A stretch of 64,000 nt of DNA from Squalus acanthias (Eukaryota). Below the pieces are notes generated by a model. That model had not been told where the DNA came from. It was given only the letters and a program-made list of their open reading frames with translations, and ran no database searches. The stretch spans positions 126,482,001-126,546,000 of the forward strand of contig CM059432.1 in NCBI GenBank assembly GCA_030390025.1, read 5' to 3'. The position numbers were made by a program, and so were the translations under genes. This document shows, one piece after another, positions 23,055-36,005 of this stretch. Numbering within the stretch: position 1 is the stretch's first letter; each line of letters begins with the position of its first letter.

Positions 23055-23920
23055 CAGGATGGGTGCCACTTCTGCTGCCTTAGATTGGACCTCAGACCAG
23101 CAGCAACACCAGCACCAGCAGCCTGCTGGTCACAGACCTGTAGCTGCATAGCAGAGAAAGAACCAACAGAGAGGGGACCAGCAAAGAGGGGACCAGCAAA
23201 GAGGGGACCAGCAGCAGAGAGGTGCAGATTGCAGGAGGCACTACCCACGAAACAGAGTGTACAGGCAGAGGCTCAGTTTCCCTGACATGTCTGAACAGCA
23301 GTGTCTCAGGGGGCTCAGGATGTTACATCAGGTGGTGGTAGACATCTGCAGCCTCCTAGAACAAGACCTGCTCCCTGCTGGCCACGCGTTACCAGTTGCT
23401 GTCAAAGTCACCACCGCCCTCAACTTTTTTGCCTCCGGATCCTTCCAGGGTTCTGCCGCAGACATATCCAGGATCTCTGTCGGCGGCCCACACATGAATA
23501 AGACAGGTGACTGATGGTTTGCTTGCCAGAGCTGGTAATTATGTCAACTTTCCCTGTGATGATGCCAGTCAGAATGAGCGGGCACTCAGGTTTGCGGCTC
23601 TGGCTGGCTTCCCTTAGGTGCTGGGCATGGTCGACTGAGCACACGTGGCAATCCAGGCACCGCCAGAACAACCAGGAGTATTCGTCAACCGCAAGGGCTT
23701 CCACTCCATCGATGTGCAGCACCACAACGAATGCTATTTCACCACCAGCATGCTGAAGATGGGCTTCAGGTGCCCCAGCTGCTCAGACTGCTGCCCAGAA
23801 TGCCACGGATGCGCTTATTAATAATAATAACGGCCACTCTTCTCTCCTCCCTCCACCTCCCAACCAACCAACCACCCCTTGAACATTCCCCCATTGGTTC
23901 CCATCAATTCACAAGTTAAA
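23055..23920 (+). pseudogene. Harbinger (HARBI1-like) DDE transposase remnant
   Basis: YRQRLSFPDMSEQQCLRGLRM, ALPVAVKVTTALNFFASGSFQ, LAGFP, HVAIQAP, FVNRKGFHSIDVQ; frameshifts, stops and an internal deletion. Confidence 0.85.
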
Positions 23921-24339
23921 AGGCGACTTACCATCCAGCACCCAACAATGGACAAAACGGGAAGGTGGTGAAAAAGAATAACATTTATGTGAGCTAAGTA
24001 AACAACAGAAACTTCCTGTTGGGCCAAAATATGCCAGTCGGCATTATGGGAGAACTCCGCACATAACGCTTCCCTGGCAACAATCACAGGAATTGCACAC
24101 GTGCTAAAATGCATCCTATTATATTAGATCATTAAGTTTAACATTAAGTTCTCGCCTGTTTTATGCGAGATCTCCTTTAGGCCCACCCGCAGGCACGACT
24201 GGATGTGTTCACATTGTGTAGAATTGGGCAGAGATCCGGCAGGATCGATTTCTTCCCGATTCCTTAGTGCCACTAGTGATACAGATCAAAAAATATACTC
24301 TTCTGTTTCCTCAAACATTGCAGATCATATGAAACCTCG

Positions 24340-24730
24340 GCCCAGTTAGTGGCACTCTTGCCAATGGATCAGAAGGTCGTGGGTTCGAGCCCCACAACAA
24401 GCTAGGGTGCCACTCCAGTACTGAAGGAGAGCTGTATTGTCGGAGAAGCTGTCCTTTGGATGAGATGGTGAGAAGGCCCTGTCTACCTGTTTGGTGCGCA
24501 CTAAAACTCCCACGGCACTATTTGAAAAACCACAGGAAGTTTGTCCTGGTCAGTACAGCTAAGTAGCACTAAAAAAAACCTGAGTGATTAGTCATTCATC
24601 TCATATCTGTTCATAGAAACTGCTGGTGCAGAAGGCTTACTTCACAACAGTCATGCATTTCTAAGTAATTCATTGTGTGAAGTGTTTTGAGATGTCTAGA
24701 CATGAAAGGTGCTACATTAATACAGGTCTT
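24340..24730 (+). mobile_element. Deu-domain SINE, old copy
   Basis: tRNA-like head (GGTTCGAGCCC), TTTGGATGAGATG core and TGAAAGGTGCTACATTAATACAGG tail. Confidence 0.6.
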
Positions 24731-24907
24731 AGCAAACCACATTTTGAAAAAGAAAAGTGATAATCCCCAAACAATCAAAAGAATGAATTAAAAAGCCACC
24801 AACTCAAAAGTCTCTTCATGTTTTGCGATGTGCAAGGAAGGAAGAGAATATTACAGTAAATTTTGTGCAAAGACTCCATGGATTAAATGAAATAGCAATA
24901 AAAAAGA

Positions 24908-26245
24908 CCTTCACATGGTTCATCTCCGACTCTTCCCTTCCCTTCCTCGACTTCTCTGTCTCCATCTCTGGGGATAGGCTATTGACAAATATTCACTACA
25001 AGCCCACTGACTCCCACAGCTACCTGGACTACACTTCCTCCCACCCCGCTTCCTGTAAGGACTCGATTCCATTCTCCCAGTTTCTCCATCTCCGCCGCGT
25101 CTGTTCTGATAATGCCACCTTCCATACCAGTGCTTCCGACATGTCTTCCTTTTTCCTCAACCGAGGATTCCCCTCTACCATGGTTGACACGGCCCTTGAC
25201 CGTGTCTGTTCTATTTCCCGCACTTCTGCTCTCACCCCTTTCCCTCCCTCCCGGAACCATGATAGGGTTCCTCTTGACCTCACCTTTCACCCCACCAGCC
25301 TCCACATTCAACGGATCATCCTCCACCATTTCCGCTACCTCCAGCGTGATCCCACCACCAAACACATCTTCTCCTCACCTCCCCTTTCAGCATTCCAAAG
25401 GGACCACTCCCTCCGCGACACCCTGGTCCACTCCTCTATCTCCCCCAACACCCCTTCCCCTTCTCCCAGCACCTTCCCGAGCAAGCGCAGGAGATGCAAA
25501 ACCTGCCCTTTTACCTCCTCCCTTCCCACTGTCCAGGGCCCCAAACACTCCTTCCAGGTGAAACAGCGATTTACTTGTACTTCTTGCAATTTAGTATACT
25601 TTATTCGCTGCTCACGATGCGGTCTCCTCTACATTGGGGAGACCAAACGCAGATTGGGTGACCGCTTTGCGGAACATATCCGTTCAGTCTGTAAGGGGGA
25701 CCCCGAGCTTCTGGTCGCCTGTCACTTTAATTCTCCGCTCCACTCCCACTCTGACCTCACCGTCCTCGGCCTCTTACATTGTTCCAATGAAGCTCAACGT
25801 AAGCTCGAGGAACAGCACCTCATCTTTCGATTAGGCACTTTACAGACTTCTGGACTCAACATAGAGTTCAACAATTTCAGACCATAACCTCTGCCCCTAT
25901 TTTTTTTCACATGGCAGCTGTTGATGATTCTGCCATTCTCATTTACACCTCTTCTAGACACATCTTTTGATTCTTAACTTTACCTATTACCAGCTCCTCT
26001 TGCCTTGCACCATCATCCCTTTTGTCTCTTAATCTCTCCTGCCTTCCATCCTATCACAGACCTTCCCTTTTGTTCTTTCCTCCCCTCCCCCCTCTCCCTG
26101 CCCCAACACTTGCTTAAAAACCTGTTACAGCACCAACTTTTTCCACTTCTGACGAAGGGTCAATGACCTGAAACGTTAACTCTGTTTCTCGCTCCACAGA
26201 TACTGCCTGACCTGCTGAGTATTTCCAGCATTTTCTGTTTTTATT
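24908..26245 (+). mobile_element. Penelope-like element, 5'-truncated (RT C-terminus, GIY-YIG endonuclease, terminal repeat)
   Basis: LPFLDF, HYKPTDSHSYLDYTSSHP, NLVYFIRCSRCGLLYIGETKRRLGDRFAEH, GLNIEF; reading frame open to 25887. Confidence 0.92.
26145..26181 (+). ncRNA. Minimal type I hammerhead ribozyme motif in the Penelope terminal repeat
   Basis: CTGACGA (26149-26155), stem II AGGGTC/GACCT, GAAA (26170-26173), palindromic AACGTT, short stem I ACTT/AACT with one mismatch. Confidence 0.7.
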
Positions 26246-27060
26246 AAAAAGGGCCATTGGATCAAAAATGACTGGCAATCTATTGAAGAAAATCAAGAGT
26301 ATAAGAGTGATCTGATCAAAGTGACAAGTGGCTTCTACAGTAACTGGGTTTACTGGCACTTGTAATCTATATTCTAGTTATTTCCCATTGGCCATGGCGG
26401 GGGCTGTTTCAGTTCCAGACGTCTCGATGTCTGGTAAGATTTTTGCTCTCGGCACCAGCACCAACTACACCAAAAAAACTTATTGTATAAACATACCTTG
26501 TAATGAAAAGGTAGAAAGGCTTCATAAAATAGTCACAGGAAAGCAAGCTCTTTAAAATACAATTTAAAACATCAGTGGTGGAGTACACCCGTATACTAAT
26601 CACAAAAAATTGAACTGAACAAAGCACTTTGAGATTTAATAACCTAGCGAGTAATAGCCAGGGCCACTGGAAAAATCACAACAGCGTTTTTAATCGGGCC
26701 ATCTAACAAAAACTGTTCTCCTCTGCTCCCAGATTCGTTCCTCACAGCTCCTAAGTGCCGATGAGGCGCAGCTGCTGCTCTTGGGATCAAGCTCTGGGGC
26801 ACACAGTGGGAGGGACTCCTCGCCATAACGTGCAGCAGCGCTCGATTGCCCCGCAGCAGCAGCAACATCAGAGAGGAACCAGGAGAACTCTGAGGGGTGA
26901 ATTAGGGGAAGACTAGCTCTGTGAACTGGGAGGGCAGGGGAGGATGGGGTGAACAGTGCCAGCACGAAGGGGGTTGGGGGGGGGGAAATAGTGCCAGTGG
27001 GAAAGGGGGCGGAGGTGAGAAAAGAATGCCAACATGAACCGGGAGAGGGTAAAGGGGGAA

Positions 27061-28552
27061 GAGAAGCGTGCCAGTGTGAACTGAGATAAAGAGAAGCGTG
27101 CCAGTGTGAACTGGGATAAAGAGAAGCGTGCCAGTGTGAACTGGGATAAAGAGAAGCGAGCCAGTGTGAACTGGGATAAAGAGAAGCGTGCCAGTGTGAA
27201 CTGGGATAAAGAGAAGCGTGCCGGTGTGAACTGAGATAAAGAGAAGCGTGCCAGTGTGAACTGGGATAAAGAGAAGCGTGCCAGTGTGAACTGGGATAAA
27301 GAGAAGCGTGCCAGTGTGAACTGGGATAAAGAGAAGCGTGCCAGTGTGAACTGAGATAAAGAGAAGCGTGCCAGTGTGAACTGGGATAAAGAGAAGCGTG
27401 CCAGTGTGAACTGGGATAAAGAGAAGCGTGCCAGTGTGAACTGGGATAAAGAGAAGCGTGCCGGTGTGAACTGGGATAAAGAGAAGCGTGCCAGTGTGAA
27501 CTGGGATAAAGAGAAGCGTGCCGGTGTGAACTGGGATAAAGAGAAGCGTGCCAGTGTGAACTGGGATAAAGAGAAGCGTGCCCGTGTGAACTGGGATAAA
27601 GAGAAGCGTGCCGGTGTGAACTGGGATAAAGAGAAGCGTGCCGGTGTGAACTGGGATAAAGAGAAGCGTGCCGGTGTGAACTGGGATAAAGAGAAGCGTG
27701 CCGGTGTGAACTGGGATAAAGAGAAGCGTGCCGGTGTGAACTGGGATAAAGAGAAGCGTGCCGGTGTGAACTGGGATAAAGAGAAGCGTGCCGGTGTGAA
27801 CTGGGATAAAGAGAAGCGTGCCGGTGTGAACTGGGATAAAGAGAAGCGTGCCGGTGTGAACTGGGATAAAGAGAAGCGTGCCGGTGTGAACTGGGATAAA
27901 GAGAAGCGTGCCGGTGTGAACTGGGATAAAGAGAAGCGTGCCAGTGTGAACTGGGATAAAGAGAAGCATGCCAGTGTGAACTGGGATAAAGAGAAGCGTG
28001 CCAGTGTGAACTGGGATAAAGAGAAGCGTGGCTGTGTGAACTGGGATAAAGAGAAGCGTGCCAGTGTGAACTGGGATAAAGAGAAGCGTGCCGGTGTGAA
28101 CTGGGATAAAGAGAAGCGTGGCTGTGTGAACTGGGATAAAGAGAAGCGTGGCTGTGTGAACTGAGATAAAGAGAAGCGTGCCAGTGTGAACTGGGATAAA
28201 GAGAAGCGTGCCAGTATGAACTGGGATAAAGAGAAGCGTGCCGGTGTGAACTGGGATAAAGAGAAGCGTGCCGGTGTGAACTGAGATAAAGAGAAGCGTG
28301 CCAGTGTGAACTGGGATAAAGAGAAGCGTGCCAGTATGAACTGGGATAAAGAGAAGCGTGCCGGTGTGAACTGGGATAAAGAGAAGCGTGCCAGTATGAA
28401 CTGGGATAAAGAGAAGCGTGCCGGTGTGAACTGGGATAAAGAGAAGCGTGCCGGTGTGAACTGAGATAAAGAGAAGCGTGCCAGTATGAACTGGGATAAA
28501 GAGAAGCGTGCCAGTATGAACTGGGATAAAGAGAAGCGTGCCGGTGTGAACT
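27061..28552. repeat. 30-bp minisatellite, ~50 copies
   Basis: Unit GAGAAGCGTGCC(A/G)GTGTGAACTGGGATAAA with perfect 30-bp periodicity and substitution variants only. Confidence 0.98.
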
Positions 28553-29994
28553 AGGGTGAAAGAGGGGAAGGCGGCAGCCAGCTTCAACTAGGAGGCGGGG
28601 GGGGGTGGATAGAGTGCCAATGTTAACTGGGAGCACAGGAAGGGGTAAAAGAGTTCTATCGTGAACTGGGAGAGGGGGGTGCGAGAAGTGCCCAGTGAAC
28701 GGAGGGCAAGTGGAGGAAGAAGAGTGGTTCTGTGAAGTGGGAAATTACTAAACTATTTTAAAACAATTTGCCCATCAGTTTTCAAGAGTACCAATGCCTA
28801 CCCACAATGGCCTGCAATTTCTGCCGCAAAAGAATGAGGGAAAATCCCTACAATCTCTGCCACAGTTTTCCAATGGCTCTGCTAACAGCAAAAATCGTGG
28901 TGAAATGAAGAGGAAATGCGACAGGCAGTGTGTCCTGGGAGCATTCCTGTGCATCTCCTGCTGTTGTTTATGCTGCAGTGGCAGCAGGAGCCCGAGTGCA
29001 AACGGGTAATCGTTCTGCCCTCTCACCCAGAGAATGGTGTATGGTATGTCGTGTGAGGAGTCTACAGATTTGGAAGGGGACAAATTTAGTAAACGGTAAA
29101 TTGAAGCCATGACTACTGTTACTCGAGATGAAAAATTAAACTTAGCGCACTGTTGTGCTTCCCTCTGTGGCCAGTAGAGGGCTCCAGGAGCGGAATTGAG
29201 CAGTTAAAGAGATGCAGCACCTGGAGTTCAATTGTTTCATGTGACAATAGATGGTAATGGTGTCATTAAAGCTGCGAGTTAGTAGAATATAAGAGCCAGT
29301 GTGATATGGATGCTTTTCACATTTTAATAGTTTTCGGTTAGCTTTAATAATGCTCAAATGGGTTAATTACAGAAAGAAAACCAGGTGCTATCACACTCAT
29401 TTTCTAACTTGAAATATAACTGGAGATATTCCTCTGGATGTCCCTCTATCTCCACCATCCCTCCTGATTTGGAAAAGATGGGAAAATCAGGCGGCGACGC
29501 CTATTGCCACATTCCTGCTCCAGCCAGGAAGTCCACGGGCTGCCTCGTCTCCGCCCACTGCATATAAATGTCAGCGTGCAGGCGTAGCCTAGCAACCCTC
29601 CCCATTTCCCACCTATCCGCCACTGATACCCCCCCTGCCCCAGGGACTGCCAGGAGAGGGGTGGCCTTAATCCATGGGGCTTTTTGGAAAGAGTGAGCCC
29701 ATTAGTGGAAGCTCAACTGGCCAATCCCCGGACACAGTGACTGGGTCAGGGGTCAAGCCCCTGTTTTCCTGTCCAGCTAAGAAAGGAAGAACAAAGGAAC
29801 GCAAAGGCTTGGGTTAGTCTGGGAGAACGGGTAAGGAAGCCGGGCCGAGAGAGGAAGTCCCCTCATTTACGTCGAGAGCCGACCTGTTTCAGAGGAGACT
29901 CTGGGCAGAAGAGTAGATTTAGCCCGCTGCCAGGGACAGTGAGGCATACTATGCTGCTTTCTATATTAAGAGGAGTGTTACGGAATTAAGTTGA

Positions 29995-31350
29995 TGCATT
30001 TGGAAGACAGATTGAGCTTTATGCAGGTTGCAAGTGTTTGTAGCAAACTGTATCCAGTCTCACCTCATTGGAACAACCTCTCTCACCATTGACAGATCGC
30101 TTCTGTCATCTCAAATTCACCTGCCATCTATTCCATCAGCATCGGTGCCCTTGAAACTATCTCACCTTGGTCCTCAGAAACCCCACCATGATCAGCCCCA
30201 ACACCAACACCACCACCAACCTTCTCCGCAATCAACTGATGCTGCACAGGACACAGGACATCAGCACCTGACCACATGGCTGCCCGGAAGGCCAGGGATG
30301 GCCTCACCATGGCCAGATTTACTTCACTTGATGCTGTACACCCTGGCTGCCACATGATGCGCCAGGTTGGCACCACCCCACACCAACACCACAAAGCATC
30401 CCTACAATGCCCAAGCCATTCCTTTCACACTCACCACCATTGCGGGGGGTACCGTTATGTCTCACCATTCACTGCAACTCACTAAGCCACTTCCAAAGGT
30501 GCACACAGATCTGTCCAAGAACGCAAAGTGATGAAAATAAAGGTTTCAATGTTTGACAGCCCATTAACAGAAACTTCACATGAACATTGCATAAAACATA
30601 CAAGTGCCTACCCTTGTGTGTTGTTAGTTGGTATGATTGGACTAGGATGGGTGAGTGTGAGGGGTGGCTAGTGAGATGGGGAAGTGATAATGTAGATAGT
30701 GAGAGAGGGATGGGTGGAGGTGCAAAGCAAGTTGGTGTGAGTAAGGATGTGTGGAGTAGGGTAGGGAAGGCAGAGTTATGGGGATGTGATGAGTGGCACA
30801 GCAGGATCAGGTTGCGTGTGGCTTTGCAGGAACGTTCGTGATCTGAGATCATTGAAAGGTTTGCAGCACTGCAGCCTGGTCCTCCCGACCACATCCCTGC
30901 TTGTGCCCTCCTGTGCAATGTGCAACCAGGCTGCGTTGATCTCCTGGGGAGGTCTCTTCCGCCCATTGGAAGGGAAGAGGACCTCCCTGCATGCTGTGAC
31001 TCCCTCCATAAGCCCATGGAGGGTTTCATGGGAGAGCCTGGGTGTAGCCGTGCACCTTTGTGCAGTGCTCATCAGTGTTTGCAGCACCTCAATGCTGTAG
31101 AACACTGACAGCACAAATGTCAAAATTAATTTGCGCATGGTCCCTTTAAAGGAAACCGGCTGATGACGCGTCATCAAATGACGTCATCAGATCCGCTCCC
31201 TTCAATTGGCCCGGGAAATGCGCTGGCCGGGCTTAACAAACCCAATCAGGGGAAATCATTTTCAACAGCGAGCTGGAGCCGGCAGCGGGGCCGGGACCCT
31301 GCCACTGACGTCGCCCGCCACGGACCCGACGTGGTTGGTAAACTCAGCCC
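29995..31350. mobile_element. Non-autonomous Harbinger element, copy 1 (left end lost)
   Basis: Colinear with 38737-40251 and 59699-61458; minus-strand Myb/SANT-like remnant EVLFPSNGRKRPP..AAWLHIA..QCCKPFNDL; right end GGTAAACTCAGCCC. Confidence 0.8.
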
Positions 31351-32218
31351 TACATCTCTATGGCAATTCATCAACATTTCTATTAACAAAACATTTAAAA
31401 TTATTAAATAAAACATTAAAATTCAAGGTCCTGCACGCCAGGAAGCTCCCGGCCCCCAGCCCCAGGCTGGTTTTACTGATCTTAGCTGGGGTTGTCTGAA
31501 GGGCACCACAACTGGCATCAGTGGCCCAGGCTAGAATGCCAGGGCTCCCACGAACGATTGCTATCCAGTGATTTGTGCTGGAAAGTGTATGCATGTGGGC
31601 ATCAGATGATGGGGCAAGATGGCACTCGACAGCAATGGCCCCCCCCATAGCTTGCAGATATTCAGGCCCTGAAAACCCACAGGGGTTCCCCGCGGGGTCG
31701 CCCGCTGTAGCTCTGCCGAGAGACTGGCGGAACAGCCAGGCAAATGGCCACGTGGACAAGGTCCTGTGCCAGCACCTTCAGGGAAGCAGGAGAGAAACTG
31801 AAGGGAAGAAATGTAATAATTTAAAAAAAAAATATTGGTGACCATCATTTTCACATAACACTATTTTAAGCATTATAACGAGTACCTAAGCTGTGTTACT
31901 GGGTTTATTATACTTGGAGAAAAGGCCGCACAATTCAGTCATGCGTGGAGCACTGATGAATTATGAGTTGTTCCATAAAAATCCAGTAACAGGTTGCTAT
32001 CGGAGCAGTAACCTCTGCAGATACTAAAGACACGACAGTCCTGTGTTGATATTTTCTATAGTTAATGATAAATTCACACGCATGTCAAAACACCACTCTG
32101 CATGAAACGACCAATGCTATCAGAGACAACTAAAGAGAGTACAAATACTCCAGCCTCATCTCCTACGGCAGTCATGGCCACTGATCCCACTCTTCATGCA
32201 GAAGTGTTTGAAAATAAT

Positions 32219-32997
32219 GGGCCTGGAATTTGTGGTGGGTAATAACGGCGAACCAACAGCATTGGCCGTTCTTACCCCTTTGAAACTCACCGCAACTTCA
32301 GGATGTAGCCCATGCGCATCTAAACGCAGAAATCCTGAAGATGCGGTCAGTCACTCACTGCTCCGATACAGGCTGCGCTGTGGCCGCCCGGCCCCCCACC
32401 CCCAGCAAACCCCACAGCCATCCATCAGTGAAATAAGTGAAACGAACGAAAACTTGAGTTTTTCCACGGTAATATCGCTGTTAAATACCCCATTAAATAT
32501 TAAGCCTTGTTGCAATAGGTGTAACTGGGGTTTTAGCAGCATATTGAATGGTAAACAAATGTTATGGCCCTGAAAAACTATTTTTTTATATTTGTGGAGT
32601 GTCAAATTTCTCCAATATGATAAAAATTACAAATTTTAAAAATCTGTAAAAAAAAATTTTTAAAGTTTGTTCATGATATTCAGCTTTCAGCTTATCCCCG
32701 TGTGAAAGAACCAATCTTTGTTTCACTCTCTAACATTTTTAAAAAGTCCGGATAAAAGCAGCTTCTCATTTCCTGGTTTGCTGCCTGTGAGAATTCTGCA
32801 ATGTGATTGGCTGCTTAGACAGCTTGTTGACATCACCGCAGCTCGCACGAGAAATCCCCATGACCGAGCGCTGCAATCAACTGAACGTCAAAAAAGGCAA
32901 ACTTCTTGACACAGAGATCGTGAGATCTCTGCAGGCAGCTTTCTTCGAAGCCAGCGGCGATCGCCTTTGCTTCGCCGCTGACTGCAAATTCCAGTCC
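32219..32997. mobile_element. MITE
   Basis: Imperfect TIRs GGCCTGGAATTTGTGGT and ACTGCAAATTCCAGTCC. Confidence 0.6.
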
Positions 32998-33007
32998 ATT
33001 ATGTCAA

Positions 33008-36005
33008 TGGTAGCGTAGTGGTAATGTCACTGGGCAAGTAACCCAGAGGCCTGGACTAATGATCCAGAGACGTGAGTTCAAATCCCACCACGGCAGCTGG
33101 GGAATTTAAATTCAATTAATTAAATAAATCTGTAATAAAAGACTAGCATCAGTAATAGTAACCATGAAACTATCGGATTGTTGTAAAAACCCATCTGGTT
33201 CACTAATGTCCTTTAGGGAAGGAAATCTGCCGTCCTTACCTGGTCTGGCCTATATGTGACTCCTGACCCACAGCAATGCGGTTGACTCTTAACTGCCCTC
33301 TGAAATGGCCGAGCAAGCCACTCAGTTGTAACTAACCGCTATGAAACACAATAAGAAGAATGAAACCGGAAGGACCACCCAGCATCGACCTCGGCACCGG
33401 CTACAGAAACGGCAACGGCACACCCAGCCCAGTCGACCCTGCAAAGTCCTCCTCACCAACATCTGGGGACTTGTGCCAAAATTGGGAGAGCTATCCCACA
33501 GACTAGTCAAGCAACAGCCTGACATAGTCATACTCACAGAATCATACCTTTCAGCCAATGTCCCAAACTCCTCCATCATCATCTCTGGGTATGTCCTGTC
33601 CCACCGGCAGGACAGATCCACCAGGGGTGGTGGCACAGCGGTATACAGTTGGGAAGGAGTGGCCCGGGGAGTCCTCAACATTGAATCCAGACCCCATGAA
33701 GTCTCATGGCTTCAGGTCAAGTATAGGCAAGGAAACCTCCTGCTGATTACCACCGGTCACCCTCCCTCAGCTGATGAATCAGTACTCCTCCATGTTGAAC
33801 ACCACTTGGAAGAGGCACTGTATTGACCACCGCACAGTCATTGTCTTCACACTGAGGACATCCATTGAGATAGATTTATAACAGATCTAGCAGCTCAAAA
33901 CTGGACATCCATGAGGCGCTGTGGGCCATCAGCAGCAGAATTGTATTCCACCACAATCTGTAACCACATGGACCGGCATATCCCTCACTCTACCATTACC
34001 ACCAAGCCAGGGGACCAACCCGGGTTCAATAAGGAGTGTAGAAGAGCATGCAAGGAGCAGCACCAGACGTACCTAAAAATGAGGTGCCAACCTGGGGAAG
34101 CTGCAACACAGGACTACATGCATGCTAAAAAGCAGAAGCAGCATGCTAGAGACAGGGCTAAGCGATCCCAGAATCAATGGATCAGATCAAAGCTCTGCAG
34201 TCCTGCCGCATCCAGTCGTGAATGGTGGTGGACCATTAAACAACTAATGGGGGGAGGAGGAGGCTCCATAAATATCCCCATCCTCAATGATGGTGGAGCC
34301 CAGCACGTGAGTGCAAAAGACAAGGCTGAAGCATTTGCAACCATCTTCAGCCATAAGTGCAGAGTGGATGATCTATATCGGCCTACTCCTGAGGTCCCCA
34401 CCATCACAGAAGCCAGTCTTCAGCCAATTCGATTCACTCCACGTGATATCAAGAAATGGCTCAATGCACTGGATACAGCAAAGGCTATGGGCCCCGACAA
34501 CATCCCGGCTGTCGTCCTGAAGACTTGTGCTCCAGAACTTGCCCTGCCTCTAGCCAAGCTGTTCCAGTGCAGCTACAACACTGGCATCTATCCGACAATG
34601 TGGAAAACTGCCCAGGTATGTCCTGTCCACAAAAAGCAGGACAAATCCAAGTCGGCCAATTACTGCCCCATCAGTCTACTCTCAATCATCAGCAAAGTGA
34701 TGGAAGGCGTCATCGACAGTGCTATCAAGCGGCACTTACTCACCAATAACCTGCTCACCGATGCCCAGTTTGGGTTCTGCCAAGACCACTTGGCTCCTGA
34801 CCTCATTACAGCCTTGGTCCAAACATGGACAAAGGAGCTGAATTCCAGAGGTGAGGTGAGAGTGACTGCCCTTGACACCAAGGCAGCATTTGACAGAGTG
34901 TGGCATCAAGGAGCCCTGGGAAACCTGAAGTCAATGGGAAATGGGGGGGGGGCGGGGGGGGGGGGAAACTCTCCACTGGCTGGAGTCATACCTAGCACAA
35001 AGGAAGGTGGTTGAAGGTCAATCATCACAGCCCCAGGACATCACTGCAGGAGTTCCTCAGGGCAGTGTCCTAGGCCCAACCATCTTCAGCTGCTTCATCA
35101 ATGACCTTCCCTCCAACAGAAGGTCAGAAATGGGGATGTTCGCTGATGACTGCACAGTGTTCAGTGCCATTCACAACTCCTCAGATAATGAAGCAGTCCA
35201 TGCCCGCATGCAACAAGACCTGGACGACGTTCAGGCTTGGGCTGATAACTGGCAGGTAACATTCACGCCACACAAGTACCAGGCAATGACTATCTCCAAC
35301 AAGCGAGAGCCTAACCACCTCCCCTTGACATTCAACGGCATTACCATCGCCAAATCCCCCACCATCAACATCCTGGGGGGGTCACCATTGACCAGAAACT
35401 GAACTGGACCAGCCACATAAATAATGTGGCAACAAGAGCAGGTCAGAGGCTAGGTATTCTGCGGCGAGTGTCTCACCTCCTGACTCCCCAAAGCCTTTCC
35501 ACCATCTACAAGGCACAAGTAAGGAGTGTGATGGAATACTCTCCACTTGCCTGGATGAGTGCAGCTCCAACAACACTCAAGAAGCTCGACACCATCCAGG
35601 ACAAAGTAGCCCACTTGATCGGCACCCCATCCACCACCGGCATACCGTGGCTGCAGTGTGTACCATCTACAAGATGCACTGCAGCAACTCGCCAAGGCTT
35701 CTTCGGCAGCACATTCCAAACCCGCGACCTCTTCCACCTAGAAGGACAAGGGCAGCAGGCGCATGGGAACACCACCACCTCCAAGTTCCCCTCCAAGTCA
35801 CACACCATCCTGACTTGGAAGTATATCGCCGATCCTTCATCGTCGCTGGGTCAAAATCCTGGAACTCCCTCCCTAACAGCACTGTGGGAGTACCTTCACC
35901 ACACGGACTGCAGCGGTTCAAGAAAGCGACTCACCACCAGCTTCTCAAGGGCAATAAATGCTGGCCTTAAAAGCGACACTCACATCCCATAAACGAATAA
36001 AAAAG
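33008..36005 (+). mobile_element. LINE (CR1 group) with a tRNA-derived 5' head and a single APE-RT coding region; internally deleted and frameshifted copy
   Basis: A box TAGCGTAGTGG (33011-33021) and B box GAGTTCAAATCC (33074-33085); APE start LTNIWGL..PDIVILTESYL..DR..RGGG; RT motifs KAMGPDNIP, QFGF, DTKAAFDRVWH, GVPQGSVLGP, FADD; A-rich 3' end. Confidence 0.88.

Noticed and set aside
23257..23760. Domesticated HARBI1 gene
   Set aside because: Frameshifts, stops and an internal deletion indicate a decayed transposon.
27061..28552. CRISPR-like array
   Set aside because: Contiguous tandem units with no unique spacers, no cas genes, and a eukaryotic context.
26690..28636. Long ORFs of 648, 561 and 262 aa with His/Ser-rich or NWDKEKRA repeats
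   Set aside because: By-products of a 30-bp unit (a multiple of 3) that lacks stops in several frames on both strands; no gene context.
33011..33090. Functional tRNA gene (also the SINE heads at 24345, 44250 and 45810)
   Set aside because: A and B boxes are present but there is no convincing cloverleaf or terminator; these are retroelement heads.
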